DNA of 64,000 bases from a virus. The notes below the pieces were generated by a model. It was not told the origin of the DNA and did not search any database. It saw only the letters and a list, made by a program, of their open reading frames with translations. A program made the position numbers and the translations under genes. Position 1 is the first letter of the stretch. Every line of letters begins with the position of its first letter. Shown piece by piece: positions 47,692-57,463 of the stretch. The stretch covers positions 1-64,000 of the IMG/VR virus record IMGVR_UViG_3300009408_000002, one strand, 5' to 3'.

Positions 47692-48207
47692 GTGGACATC
47701 AGAGCAGTGGCAATGACCAGCACAGACATGCAGCCAGAATCAACAGTAGCCCGCCTCACTTCGCCGCTGCTGCGTCCAGATACCAAAGTAGTGCCAGGAC
47801 ATCAAGAGACACCAGAAAGGCAACACGGGCAATATTCTCAACAGATTTCAAGCAGACCTGAAACAATGAATTCATGCGATTACAAATATTACAGAACAGA
47901 CAAAGCCTCCATTTACTTCGGAATGGGACCAATCGCGATCGAAATGAGAACTGGCTTCGCCTGCCAGCTCACCGAAGACCGAACGATGTACATCCTCTGG
48001 CTCGGAGTGGCACCGCACGAGCGGCGAAGGGGGATCGGGACCTCGATCGTCAACCAGATAATCGCAATGGCGCTGATGCTCGGAGCAGAGCGCCTAGTCA
48101 CAACACCATCGGGCGAAGGAATTCACTTCTGGCCGAAGATGGGTTTTGTCGAGACAAAGCCAGACGCCATCGATTCGGAGTTCCCACTCAAGGGGTTGAT
48201 CCAGTGA
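47692..48207 (+). CDS. GNAT acetyltransferase (start may be 47866)
   Basis: LGVAPHERRRGIGT acetyl-CoA motif, FWPKMGF. Confidence 0.8.
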   Translation: MDIRAVAMTSTDMQPESTVARLTSPLLRPDTKVVPGHQETPERQHGQYSQQISSRPETMNSCDYKYYRTDKASIYFGMGPIAIEMRTGFACQLTEDRTMYILWLGVAPHERRRGIGTSIVNQIIAMALMLGAERLVTTPSGEGIHFWPKMGFVETKPDAIDSEFPLKGLIQ

Positions 48208-48494
48208 CAGATCTGTTTGAGCACTTCGCACCAGAACAGCCTGCTGTCGCAGAGCAGGAGCCGTTGCAGGAAAATATGCTGCCACGACTGGCAGGCGACT
48301 GGGACGAACCATTCAAATGCGTGCTGCAGTCATACGAAAATCGTGGCTTGTCTAGCGATTTGGCAGAGCGCCTAGTCAGGACCGAATGGGAACGATACTG
48401 CAGAGACGGACACCCCGAATACAGACTAGAGATTTATCGAAGAACTAAATCGGAAAGCGAGAAGCCATGCTCGGGCACTCGACGCCATGGCTGA
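48204..48494 (+). CDS. hypothetical protein
   Basis: GTGA overlap with the GNAT stop. Confidence 0.5.
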   Translation: MTDLFEHFAPEQPAVAEQEPLQENMLPRLAGDWDEPFKCVLQSYENRGLSSDLAERLVRTEWERYCRDGHPEYRLEIYRRTKSESEKPCSGTRRHG

Positions 48495-48526
48495 ACTCAA
48501 GACGATAGCCGAGGAGGGCATGAGTC

Positions 48527-48808
48527 ATGAAGAAACGAGGCAAGCAAGCGCAGAAGAACCCCGCCAAGAATCCGCCTCATAAGCGGGCGTGGCGCGGCTT
48601 CTTCATGGTCGCAACGGCAGAGATCTCTGACGGTGAGGTCAAGAGCCTGAACGTAATCTCACCGCACCTCAGATCACACAAGCACGCAAGGGACTGGCTG
48701 GAGGAGAATTTCCTGGAACATGGAAATGTAGGAAAAGAATTTGCTATCATTCGGTGGGCAGAAGCCGTTTCCATAAAGATGACTCCGATGGTAGAGTATC
48801 GGTCATGA
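48527..48808 (+). CDS. hypothetical protein (probable paralog of 6262..6561)
   Basis: GAGGAGG upstream; shared motif. Confidence 0.6.
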   Translation: MKKRGKQAQKNPAKNPPHKRAWRGFFMVATAEISDGEVKSLNVISPHLRSHKHARDWLEENFLEHGNVGKEFAIIRWAEAVSIKMTPMVEYRS

Positions 48809-49221
48809 ATCAATCACCGGCTGAAGCAGTCCCAGAACAGATTGACCACATAATCGAATCGATCGGCGAGATTCGAGCGCTACTTGCATGCTCGATCTGC
48901 GATCAAGTTATTCTGGAAGCAGACCTGGATCCGAGGGACGGCTACACGATAAAGCGAATGTGGCTCGGTGATTGTGATGGGTCCAAAACTATCGGCGTGA
49001 CGTATGTGGTCCAGCATCACCTGACGGACAAGGACAAGGAGATATTCCGTCCACTCGTGAGGGCTCCAATACAGGTAATCCTCAGATGCATTACGTCATG
49101 TTTCCTTAGTAAGCTAATCGACCTCATTCTCGATCGAGAAGAATCAATTCGGAAGGCAGCATCCAAGGCCAGCGGGATGCTCGACCACTTAATCTATAGG
49201 GCTGGTACAGCGGGAGAATAA
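48805..49221 (+). CDS. hypothetical protein
   Basis: ATGA overlap. Confidence 0.5.
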   Translation: MNQSPAEAVPEQIDHIIESIGEIRALLACSICDQVILEADLDPRDGYTIKRMWLGDCDGSKTIGVTYVVQHHLTDKDKEIFRPLVRAPIQVILRCITSCFLSKLIDLILDREESIRKAASKASGMLDHLIYRAGTAGE

Positions 49222-49222
49222 G

Positions 49223-49639
49223 ATGGAGAGCAGAGGATCGAAGACGAAAGGGCGGAAAGAGAAGGCGCAGGCTAGAGGTCGCAGGGATCCTCGGCATCTC
49301 CGACTGAGATGCTATTCCTGCGATCGCACTCACGTAGAGACGCCCATGACGCGGGTTGACTTTGCAATGGGTCGCTTGCGGAAATACGTGTATGTCTGCA
49401 TGGAGTGCAGGTTCGGAAAGAAAATGCTGGAACATCCGGTAGTAGCCAACGTGATGCAGTCGATCCAAGACCAGCACGCCGCCGCTGCAGAGCGCAGACG
49501 GATCCAGCACGAGAAGCTTCACGGGCTCAAGCAGGAACCCCAACAGGAGCAACAACAGGAGCAACAACAGCAGAACGCTGACGAGAAGCCAAAAATGAAA
49601 GGTCGCCAAGAAGAGGTTGTTGCTCCCTCAAAGAACTAA
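49223..49639 (+). CDS. zinc-ribbon protein with poly-Q tract
   Basis: CYSC...CMEC; QEPQQEQQQEQQQQ. Confidence 0.55.
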   Translation: MESRGSKTKGRKEKAQARGRRDPRHLRLRCYSCDRTHVETPMTRVDFAMGRLRKYVYVCMECRFGKKMLEHPVVANVMQSIQDQHAAAAERRRIQHEKLHGLKQEPQQEQQQEQQQQNADEKPKMKGRQEEVVAPSKN

Positions 49640-49666
49640 TCCCCGCGAGACGAGGAGGGTCTACGC

Positions 49667-50929
49667 ATGAAGCATTCCATCCTATGGTTCGGGGATTCTC
49701 CGACCGGTCCAACCGGATTCGGAAACGTCAGCAGGGGCCTGCTGACAAATATGTCACACGCCTTCGACTTCGTGGTGTGGGGCATCAACGAAAACGGCGA
49801 GCCACACGACTTCCCATTCAAGATCATCCCTGCATTCAACAGGCTTTCGGGGGGCGACATCCTGGGGCGACTGGCCTTCCTCCTGTTCCTGAGAAAGAAT
49901 CCCAGAAGGTTCTCTGCAGTGTTCATGCTGCAGGACAGCTTCGTTCTGTCGCGAGAGATGGCTGAGGCAGGAGGAAGGCCCTTCATCGAGGCGGTCCATG
50001 CCGAGTGCCAAAACCAGAACATCCCGCTGATCGTATACTTCCCGATCGATGCAGCGCCCCTCACAGAATGGGTTGAACCACTATCCGAGGTTGATTGCGC
50101 TGTCACCTACACCCCTTGGGGTCAGCAAGCATGCCTGAAGGCAACCCATGGAGATTTCGAGCCACATGTGATCCCTCACGGTGTTGCAACTCAAGATTTC
50201 TATCCGCTCGATGTTCAGCAGCGGCATGCGGCCAGGGCTCGGCTCACCGAAAAGTACGACCTGGCACCAGACACGTTTGTCACGCTTTATGTGGGGACGA
50301 ATCAGCGCAGGAAGATTATCGACTGGCTGATGATCACTTGGCGCGAGCTGCTCAAGCACAGGCCGAATTCATTTCTGGTCATGCACACCACGTTGCAGTC
50401 TCCCAACTGCGGCTGGAACATGCATCAGATGACTCGGCAGCTTGGGCTTGAACGAGGTCGCCACTGGGGCACGACTTTGGAGTCGAGATTCATGGAGACG
50501 TTCGAGATGAACGAACTCTACAGCTCGGCTGACTGCTTAATCCTGCCATCTGCAGAAGGGTGGGGACTGCCGGCCACAGAGGCAATGGCTTGCAAGCTGC
50601 CTGTCATCTTGGGCGACCATGCCGCACTGTCACACATCGGCGGTGCATCAAGCCGCGCCCTCATGATTGAGTGCCCAGAAGACCCTAACTTCATACGGAT
50701 CTTTGCGTGCGACAATGATGTCATCCGTCGAATGCCGTGCGTCCATTCGGGCGTCAAGAATCTTGTGCGGATGAGCGACGAGGGATATCCAGATGAGCTT
50801 GATCGGATCGACAAAGCGTTTCGCTGGGCAACCAACCTAGACTGGTCACTGATAGCAGAGCAGTGGATCGCACTGATCGATGGTCAGATTAGGGCCAAAC
50901 TAGCAAACCCGATTTCAATCTACCACTGA
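49667..50929 (+). CDS. GT4 (GT-B) glycosyltransferase
   Basis: GDSPTGPTGFG, IPHGV, VGTNQRRK, EGWGLPATEAMACKLPVI. Confidence 0.9.
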   Translation: MKHSILWFGDSPTGPTGFGNVSRGLLTNMSHAFDFVVWGINENGEPHDFPFKIIPAFNRLSGGDILGRLAFLLFLRKNPRRFSAVFMLQDSFVLSREMAEAGGRPFIEAVHAECQNQNIPLIVYFPIDAAPLTEWVEPLSEVDCAVTYTPWGQQACLKATHGDFEPHVIPHGVATQDFYPLDVQQRHAARARLTEKYDLAPDTFVTLYVGTNQRRKIIDWLMITWRELLKHRPNSFLVMHTTLQSPNCGWNMHQMTRQLGLERGRHWGTTLESRFMETFEMNELYSSADCLILPSAEGWGLPATEAMACKLPVILGDHAALSHIGGASSRALMIECPEDPNFIRIFACDNDVIRRMPCVHSGVKNLVRMSDEGYPDELDRIDKAFRWATNLDWSLIAEQWIALIDGQIRAKLANPISIYH

Positions 50930-50941
50930 CGGAGATTTCAA

Positions 50942-51259
50942 GTGCCACTCAAGCAGACGCAGTTCTCTTCTCTCGACACAAGCTCTGGCGTGGATCTTAC
51001 ACCCCTGCCGGATGTTGGGCAGAAGATCGCAATCAGACAGATTGTGATTTCTGTCGGTGCGGCCATGGATGTTACGCTCAGGACCAACGGTGCATCGCCG
51101 GTGACGCTGCTGAAGATGGGCATGACACCAGGCTCCCCTGTCGAGATGAGATTTCCCGACTGGCTCAGATCGACTGTCTCCGACAAGGCAATCCAGGTTC
51201 TCGGTAGCATTGCTGGAGCGGTTGACATTACCGTCTGGAGCAATGATCTGAAGGCATGA
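50942..51259 (+). CDS. hypothetical beta-rich protein
   Basis: GGAG RBS; GTG start. Confidence 0.55.
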   Translation: MPLKQTQFSSLDTSSGVDLTPLPDVGQKIAIRQIVISVGAAMDVTLRTNGASPVTLLKMGMTPGSPVEMRFPDWLRSTVSDKAIQVLGSIAGAVDITVWSNDLKA

Positions 51260-52020
51260 TCCATCAACCTGATTTTACGCTCGTCATCCCTACAATTGTC
51301 GCGAAGAACCTCGTGTTCGACTGCCTCAATTCGATAAGGACAAGGCACCGCTATCGATTGATCGTCAATGCTTCCCGATCAGATTGCCTAGCCAGCAAGT
51401 GGAACCAAGGAATCAACATCGGAATCAAGCAGTGTAACCGGCCAGCCCTCTTCGCCAATGACGACATACTCTTTTGGCCCAAATGCCTGGACGAGATCAT
51501 TGTCGCGTGCCACCAGAACCCAGGATCAATCATAACTGCCAGGCAGTCTTCAACCCCGCCAGCGATCAATGCAAAGCCAGAACCGGCGATCAACTCGGAC
51601 GGGAACCCCATCGAAGGTGGTTTTTGCCTGTTCGCAATCGAGCCTGCTGGGCACAAGAAGCTAGTCCAATATGAACAGCAAGATCTACGTCGATACATCG
51701 GCCACAAGCCAGGGATGTTCGATGAAAACTTTGTCCCGGCCTATTTCGAGGACGGTGACTTCTACAGGAGGTTCATCCACTGCGCAGGGATGTCAGAGGT
51801 CCTGGCCGAGTCGGCATGGTACTACCACCAAGAGCTAACTGACCAGCACGGGAATAAATTGCGAGGATCCTGCTCTGTCAGATCTGACAGTGAAAGACGG
51901 GCAACGGCGAACGAGTCTTTCGAGAGAAACAAGGCGCGTTACGTCGCAAAATGGGGCAGTGATTCGCAGGGACGAGAAGTGTACGAGCTACCATTCAATG
52001 GGGACGTATCATGCGGCTAG
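51256..52020 (+). CDS. GT2-like glycosyltransferase (paralog of 8243..9010)
   Basis: KWNQG, ALFANDDI, FDENFVPAYFEDGDFYRR. Confidence 0.8.
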   Translation: MIHQPDFTLVIPTIVAKNLVFDCLNSIRTRHRYRLIVNASRSDCLASKWNQGINIGIKQCNRPALFANDDILFWPKCLDEIIVACHQNPGSIITARQSSTPPAINAKPEPAINSDGNPIEGGFCLFAIEPAGHKKLVQYEQQDLRRYIGHKPGMFDENFVPAYFEDGDFYRRFIHCAGMSEVLAESAWYYHQELTDQHGNKLRGSCSVRSDSERRATANESFERNKARYVAKWGSDSQGREVYELPFNGDVSCG

Positions 52021-53369
52021 AGTTAATAGTTCCAGCATCAGACAATACAGTCATGACACAACACTGCGTCAAGCGTGCTCGTGATCTTGCAGCCAGTCGC
52101 TCAACGTCGGTCATGATCTATGACAATGGAGTCGGGATTGCAGATTCCCTGGGCGACGGAGAGAACAGGGGTGTGTACCCCGTGTTCTTCGATGTCGCCA
52201 ACAACAGTCACGCCGACATCGTGATGTTCATTCACTCTGACTTGATGATCCATGAATACGGCTGGGATATGCGAGTCATCGAGATGTTTCGAGACAACCC
52301 CAAGCTAGGACTAATAGGATTCGTTGGATCGGATGAGATCAACACCAACGGTGGTCGCGGCCTGGGAACACGATCAAACTTCTCTGGCAAGGAAGAGCAC
52401 TCAGCCCCCGCCGAGGTCCATGGTGCGAGATCCAATGGTGAATGCATCGTTGCACAGGTTGACGGATGCGTGATGGCCATGCGCCGATCCGCCCTGCTTG
52501 AGATCCCCTTCAGAGACGACTTTCCAATTCACCACTTTTATGATCGCCTGCTGTCATGCGAGATGTTGTGGCGAGAATGGCAGGTGGGATATATCGGTGT
52601 TCAGTGTGATCACTTGGGCGGTCAAACTGCATGCGCCTCTGAGAAGTACAGGACTTCTTCAGTTGCGTGGCTTGAGAATCGCGGTCACAAACTGCTCGAT
52701 GACAACCCGGACATGACGAACTACAGGATCGCTGAAAGCATATTCCTACACGAATGGCGAGATCAGCGGAGATTCATCCCGCTCAAAGTCATGCCTAGCG
52801 GAACAACGGTACATGCTTCCCCCCCGCCCAGAAGTCCTGGTCCTATCTGTGGGAAGTTCAGGGACGGAACCGCCGACTCGGACATCCACGAACACATGGA
52901 CACCCTGCACGATCTGGTGCTGAGGGTCAACGCCAGAAACGTATGGGAGCTAGGGGTACATCTGGGGAACAGCACGCTAGCTTTTCTCGAAGCGTGCAGA
53001 AAGGTAGGCGGGATTCTCTCGTCAGTCGATCTCATGCCCTGTGAAGTAGCGCATGAGCGAGTGAAGAAGAACAGGTTGGAGGGCAGGTGGAGATTCACAA
53101 AGGCCAATGATCTCGACATCAAGATCACAACGCCAATTGATGTCCTTCTAATAGACTCAGATCACTCCTACGAACACACAGCAAAAGAACTCAAGAAATA
53201 TGCAGGCATGGTAATGCCAAGGGGATTTATCGCGCTCCATGACACGAAATCGTTTCCGGGGGTGTGGCAAGCAATCGAGGAATTCCTCGCAGAGAACCTG
53301 CAGTTCTATCTGTGGGCGCATCACGAAAACAATCACGGCATGGGAATCTTGAGGAGGAGAGACGCATGA
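52011..53369 (+). CDS. GT2-like glycosyltransferase fused to a class I SAM methyltransferase (Methyltransf_24-like)
   Basis: FIHSD, IGFVG, VDGC, HFYD; WELGVHLGNST, LIDSDHSYE, GFIALHDT. Confidence 0.85.
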   Translation: MRLELIVPASDNTVMTQHCVKRARDLAASRSTSVMIYDNGVGIADSLGDGENRGVYPVFFDVANNSHADIVMFIHSDLMIHEYGWDMRVIEMFRDNPKLGLIGFVGSDEINTNGGRGLGTRSNFSGKEEHSAPAEVHGARSNGECIVAQVDGCVMAMRRSALLEIPFRDDFPIHHFYDRLLSCEMLWREWQVGYIGVQCDHLGGQTACASEKYRTSSVAWLENRGHKLLDDNPDMTNYRIAESIFLHEWRDQRRFIPLKVMPSGTTVHASPPPRSPGPICGKFRDGTADSDIHEHMDTLHDLVLRVNARNVWELGVHLGNSTLAFLEACRKVGGILSSVDLMPCEVAHERVKKNRLEGRWRFTKANDLDIKITTPIDVLLIDSDHSYEHTAKELKKYAGMVMPRGFIALHDTKSFPGVWQAIEEFLAENLQFYLWAHHENNHGMGILRRRDA

Positions 53370-53695
53370 CGATCGACGAATACGAGAACGTCGCCCTGCA
53401 AACAGCGTTCTATCCCGACAGAGGGTCAAACATGAGCTATCCCGCACTGGGTCTGTGCGGCGAAGCAGGAGAAGTTGCCGAGAAGGTCAAGAAGTGCATG
53501 AGGGATCATGCTGGATATCTTGACAAGCAACAGAGAGACCAACTCATCAAGGAGCTAGGAGATGTTCTCTGGTATGTGGCAGCCATGGCTTACGAGATCG
53601 ATTGCCCCATGACGGAGATCGCAGAGAGGAACATCAAGAAACTGGCAAGCAGGAATCTGAGAGGGACTCTCTCTGGTGACGGAGACAACCGATGA
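53366..53695 (+). CDS. MazG-like nucleotide pyrophosphohydrolase
   Basis: YPALGLCGEAGEVAEKVKK..RD, KELGDVLWYVA, NIKKLASR. Confidence 0.92.
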   Translation: MTIDEYENVALQTAFYPDRGSNMSYPALGLCGEAGEVAEKVKKCMRDHAGYLDKQQRDQLIKELGDVLWYVAAMAYEIDCPMTEIAERNIKKLASRNLRGTLSGDGDNR

Positions 53696-54075
53696 CGGAT
53701 ATTTCAGGGAAGAGGCCCCAGCACGATTGGCTATGGACAGCCGAGGTGGTCAGGTGGCTGGACGGAGACACTGTGGTCGTCTTGATAGATCGTGGCTTCA
53801 AGGACAGAAGCCTGCGTCACATCCGGCTGCTGGGGATTGATACTCCTGAGACCAGGAGCAAACTCAGGTGGGGCACCAGAGAGCTAGCAAAGCAGGCGAC
53901 TGAGAGGGCAATCGCGCTGTCGCCAGTTGGCTCAGAGGTGATGGTGAGGAGTTACAAACCAGGCAAGTACGGCGGCAGATGGCTTGGTGAGATATGGCCG
54001 GCAGACAAATCAGAAGAAAGATCTGTCAACCAGATCATGCTCGATGAAGGGCTGGCCAGATCCTATCCCAAATGA
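53692..54075 (+). CDS. thermonuclease (SNase-like)
   Basis: DGDT, IRLLGIDTPE, KYGGRWLG, VNQ.ML.EGLA. Confidence 0.88.
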   Translation: MTDISGKRPQHDWLWTAEVVRWLDGDTVVVLIDRGFKDRSLRHIRLLGIDTPETRSKLRWGTRELAKQATERAIALSPVGSEVMVRSYKPGKYGGRWLGEIWPADKSEERSVNQIMLDEGLARSYPK

Positions 54076-54413
54076 AACAGAACGAGGAGCTACTTCCTCG
54101 ATCCTTCCAGTGGATCATGAGGGACCCAAGTGGCAGGCCGATAGCCGAGCTACCAGCCTACCACCTGGGCATCAGGGGCCTTGTTGTTCATCGCTCAGTG
54201 ACCGATCCCGTGACATGGACGATTAGTCACTGGAGCGGGCTGCACATCGGCGGAATCTTCACCAGCCTAGAGCAAGCGTTTGATCTTGCAAGTGACTTCT
54301 TTCGCAACACGAAGGTCAACTGGACCCTTGGCCCAGCGGATCTTCGAAGTGTGGTTCAGGCCGAGATCGAATCTCGTGGATTCAAGCTGAGGTTCTCTAG
54401 TCGCAACAGCTAG
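54072..54413 (+). CDS. hypothetical protein
   Basis: ATGA overlap; last + strand gene before the convergence point. Confidence 0.55.
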   Translation: MKQNEELLPRSFQWIMRDPSGRPIAELPAYHLGIRGLVVHRSVTDPVTWTISHWSGLHIGGIFTSLEQAFDLASDFFRNTKVNWTLGPADLRSVVQAEIESRGFKLRFSSRNS

Positions 54414-55140
54414 CCCCGCGACGGCTCCCGCCGCCGCGCGCACCTGCACCTCAGCGCCACCTGCACCCCGCGCCGGGCTCACCAGGAACCCCGCGTGTCT
54501 GCGGCAGCGATCGCGAATTCTTCGCAGATGGCGCGAACCATGGGGTCGGGGCTGAGAGAATCAAACTCCACGATCAGGCCGTAGCTGATCGCGCTGGCCG
54601 GGATGCGATCCCATCCGCTCCCACTCCCACGCAGCGCCCACAATTCCCGCCCCACTCGCAGGGCCCGGCCCCGCATGTGACCGCGCCAGTCCAGGGGCGG
54701 GGGGCAGTAGCAATCCCCCAGCGGACCGTCCGGTGGCTCGAAACCACAATCCGGGCAGCGGTACCCCCCGATCATGATTGCACCCCGCGAGCCAGCGCCA
54801 CCAGCGCGGCCCGAGTTTGTCCGTGACCCATTGCGGGAAGCTGGTGGCCCCCTCCGGATGCCCCGATCGGTGGCGGCCCGGCGGATGGCCTCGCTGGCAA
54901 CTGATTGCCAAGATCCCTGGCCACGCCTGACTCGACGATGAAGAAATTGTCAAACTTCTTTCTTACTATCATTCGCCTTCCCCTGTTTGGTAGTGGATCG
55001 TCCAGTCGTGCAGTCGAAGCAACGATTCAGAGTGTCCCATGCAGCGAAGCACTGAATACACAGACCCAGCTCAAGAATGCCATTCAGACCACATCTCCTG
55101 CATGATCCAGGACTGCATGGATAAATACGATCACGGCTCA

Positions 55141-55392
55141 TTACACGGGCTCCTCGTTCTCCATTAGATCAGCCATATCTCGCAGCACCTCCAGTGTGTT
55201 CGCCTTGTTCATGTTACTACCAAAGGATTGGTAGCAGACCTCTGGCTCTTCTGGCAACTCCATGCCATCGGGTGTTGCGCCATTCGTCATGACAAGCACG
55301 AATGCCACCCCCTTGTTCTTGACCCTGTGATTGATAAGTCTCGTGAAGTCGATGCACAATGCTTCGACATATTCTCCGCTTGCTGCTGACAT
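55141..55392 (-). CDS. hypothetical protein
   Basis: AGGAG RBS. Confidence 0.5.
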   Translation of the reverse strand: MSAASGEYVEALCIDFTRLINHRVKNKGVAFVLVMTNGATPDGMELPEEPEVCYQSFGSNMNKANTLEVLRDMADLMENEEPV

Positions 55393-55405
55393 TGCCGCTC
55401 CTTGA

Positions 55406-56674
55406 TCAAACAAAGTCCTTGTCCTGAATCGCACTCGCAAACAACTCGTCCTTGTCGTGGCACAGCTCAAACATTCTTCTGTCGAGCGGATGGTCCACAA
55501 CAAGATAGATGTAGGAGCATGCGTTCTTCTGCGTCATTCGATAGATCCGATCCTCAGCCTGCGTGTTGTAGGCGGCAACCCAGTTAGGATCAACGATCAG
55601 CATGTTCGATGCACGTTCCAGGTTGAGCCCTTCTTTATGGGCCATGATGGTTAGTCCCAGCCCGTCGATATCCCCGCCCTGGAAAGCCTTTATTCGGCGG
55701 ACCCTTTCTCCATTCGCCACTGAGCCATTCGAGTAGGCCCAGTGCTTCCTTCCGCCCAGTCGCTCGACAGGCAGCTTGTGATCGCTGAATGCAACCAATG
55801 GGACGCCATCAAACGAGTCTGCGATATCCATGGCGAATGGAATCTTCCTCTCAGCCAACAGCCTTCGTACTGTCGCGAGTTCAAACATCAGTGGGCAGGT
55901 ACCGGTCCTGATCGCCCCCTGGACATCGAGGTACAGGTCGAGCTTCGAGTTCGCCTCACCAAGCAACTTCAACTGTGAGGCACTGAACTTCGGATCAACC
56001 ATGATTGTCTGCCATCTCTTTGGCGGCAACTGAGGAAGCACGTCCTCTCTTTCGCGCCTCAGCATTATTTTCGAGATGGTAGGATAGAGACTCTTTTCGA
56101 TATGCCACCGCCCATCGATGCAGATGAAGTGACGCATGAATGTGGTCATCGACCCCCACGTCTCCTCCATCATCCGGGTGACCATCAAGATCGCCCCCAG
56201 TTCGGACGGTCTATTGAGCAGCGGTGTCCCCGTAAGCGTCACCAACTTCCCATGAGGAATCACGCAGTCAACCAGATCCATGACGCACATCGATCTAATT
56301 GAGTCGGGATTCTTGCAGGCATGGACTTCATCAATGATTAGGGCGACGCCTTCTCCATCAGCCATCTCAAGCCCATGCCTGGGCAAGATGTCATAGTTGA
56401 AGATCAGAGCTTCGCCGGACTGTGGCCACCGAAACGACTTCCGACCAAACATCGCCTGCGCTGAAATATCTGATCGCCAGATCTCGAACTCATCGACCCA
56501 GTTACGCTTCAGCGAAGCAGGGCAGATGACCATGATCTTCTCGAAGTCAGATGTCCCGCAGATTGCCTGAGCGGTCTTGCCAAGGCCGGGCGGATCGGCG
56601 ATGAGGGACTTGGTTCGTCGCTTGATAAAACTTACGCCGGCTGACTGGTAGGGGTATAGTCTCAACTCACTCAT
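55406..56674 (-). CDS. SNF2-family helicase (HARP/SMARCAL1-like)
   Basis: LYPYQ, IADPPGLGKT, ICPASLK.NW, IIDEVH, LTGTP..NRP.E, EGLNL, QAEDRIYR. Confidence 0.9.
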   Translation of the reverse strand: MSELRLYPYQSAGVSFIKRRTKSLIADPPGLGKTAQAICGTSDFEKIMVICPASLKRNWVDEFEIWRSDISAQAMFGRKSFRWPQSGEALIFNYDILPRHGLEMADGEGVALIIDEVHACKNPDSIRSMCVMDLVDCVIPHGKLVTLTGTPLLNRPSELGAILMVTRMMEETWGSMTTFMRHFICIDGRWHIEKSLYPTISKIMLRREREDVLPQLPPKRWQTIMVDPKFSASQLKLLGEANSKLDLYLDVQGAIRTGTCPLMFELATVRRLLAERKIPFAMDIADSFDGVPLVAFSDHKLPVERLGGRKHWAYSNGSVANGERVRRIKAFQGGDIDGLGLTIMAHKEGLNLERASNMLIVDPNWVAAYNTQAEDRIYRMTQKNACSYIYLVVDHPLDRRMFELCHDKDELFASAIQDKDFV

Positions 56675-56847
56675 CGAGTTTGACTGGCGTCTCGGAATAC
56701 TTGCCATCACGATCGATGTGAGTTTCTGCGTCGGCCCTCATCTGATCGATGAGCTGCTCGGGGGGCGTTTCCTGCCGATCGCAGATTGCAGGATAAACTC
56801 CATCAGCAAGTGATCAAACTGAGCACCCAGATCGTCACGAATCGTTT

Positions 56848-57189
56848 TCATCGGTAACACCTCCGTTCAACCTCTTCCTCGATCACTTCGAGCAGCCAGT
56901 GGAGCCAGAATGCAGCCCGTTCAATAGGACGAGCAGAATCCTTCTGGCACCATGATTGCGACACTCCGTGCTTCAGGTTGAGCGACCGGAGCTTCCTCCC
57001 GACAACAAAACCAAGTAGCCTGACCTCCAGGTCGCTACTCCTCGAAACCCTATTGCACTGCCTGTCTATTTTCTTGAGCGTCCTCTTTCTCAAGGTTCCT
57101 GGTCCTCCTCTCCGTGTCCCATGATCGAGGCGTAGGCCCACAACAGGGCAAGCATGCTCATCGCCCCAGCTAGGTACCACACGATCCAT
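56848..57189 (-). CDS. hypothetical protein
   Basis: coupled in the minus-strand operon. Confidence 0.45.
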   Translation of the reverse strand: MDRVVPSWGDEHACPVVGLRLDHGTRRGGPGTLRKRTLKKIDRQCNRVSRSSDLEVRLLGFVVGRKLRSLNLKHGVSQSWCQKDSARPIERAAFWLHWLLEVIEEEVERRCYR

Positions 57190-57214
57190 GCCGGCATCTC
57201 TATTGTTGAACCCA

Positions 57215-57463
57215 TCACTCAGCCCCGTCTCGAACGATCTCGTTATCTTCTGAAATAAGCGACAGGATTGCCTTTCTCGTGTATCTGAGGTTCTTCTTGC
57301 CAGCCAGCCGGACTGGCTTTACCCGCCCCGCAAATTCATAGTTCCGCAGAGTTCTGTCAGAGATATTGAGAAGATTGCAGACCTCGCGTCTGGTGTACAA
57401 ACGATCTTCGAGATCAAGTATCGGTTCTTCGCTGTTCGTGTCTTCCATGCCTCGCCCCTTCAT
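57215..57463 (-). CDS. MerR/excisionase-type HTH protein
   Basis: LYTRREVCNLLNISDRTLRNY...G...LRY. Confidence 0.8.
   Translation of the reverse strand: MKGRGMEDTNSEEPILDLEDRLYTRREVCNLLNISDRTLRNYEFAGRVKPVRLAGKKNLRYTRKAILSLISEDNEIVRDGAE

Noticed and set aside
49531-49572. CAACAGGAGCAA-type short repeats
   Set aside because: They encode a low-complexity poly-Q/E tract; no sign of a separate element
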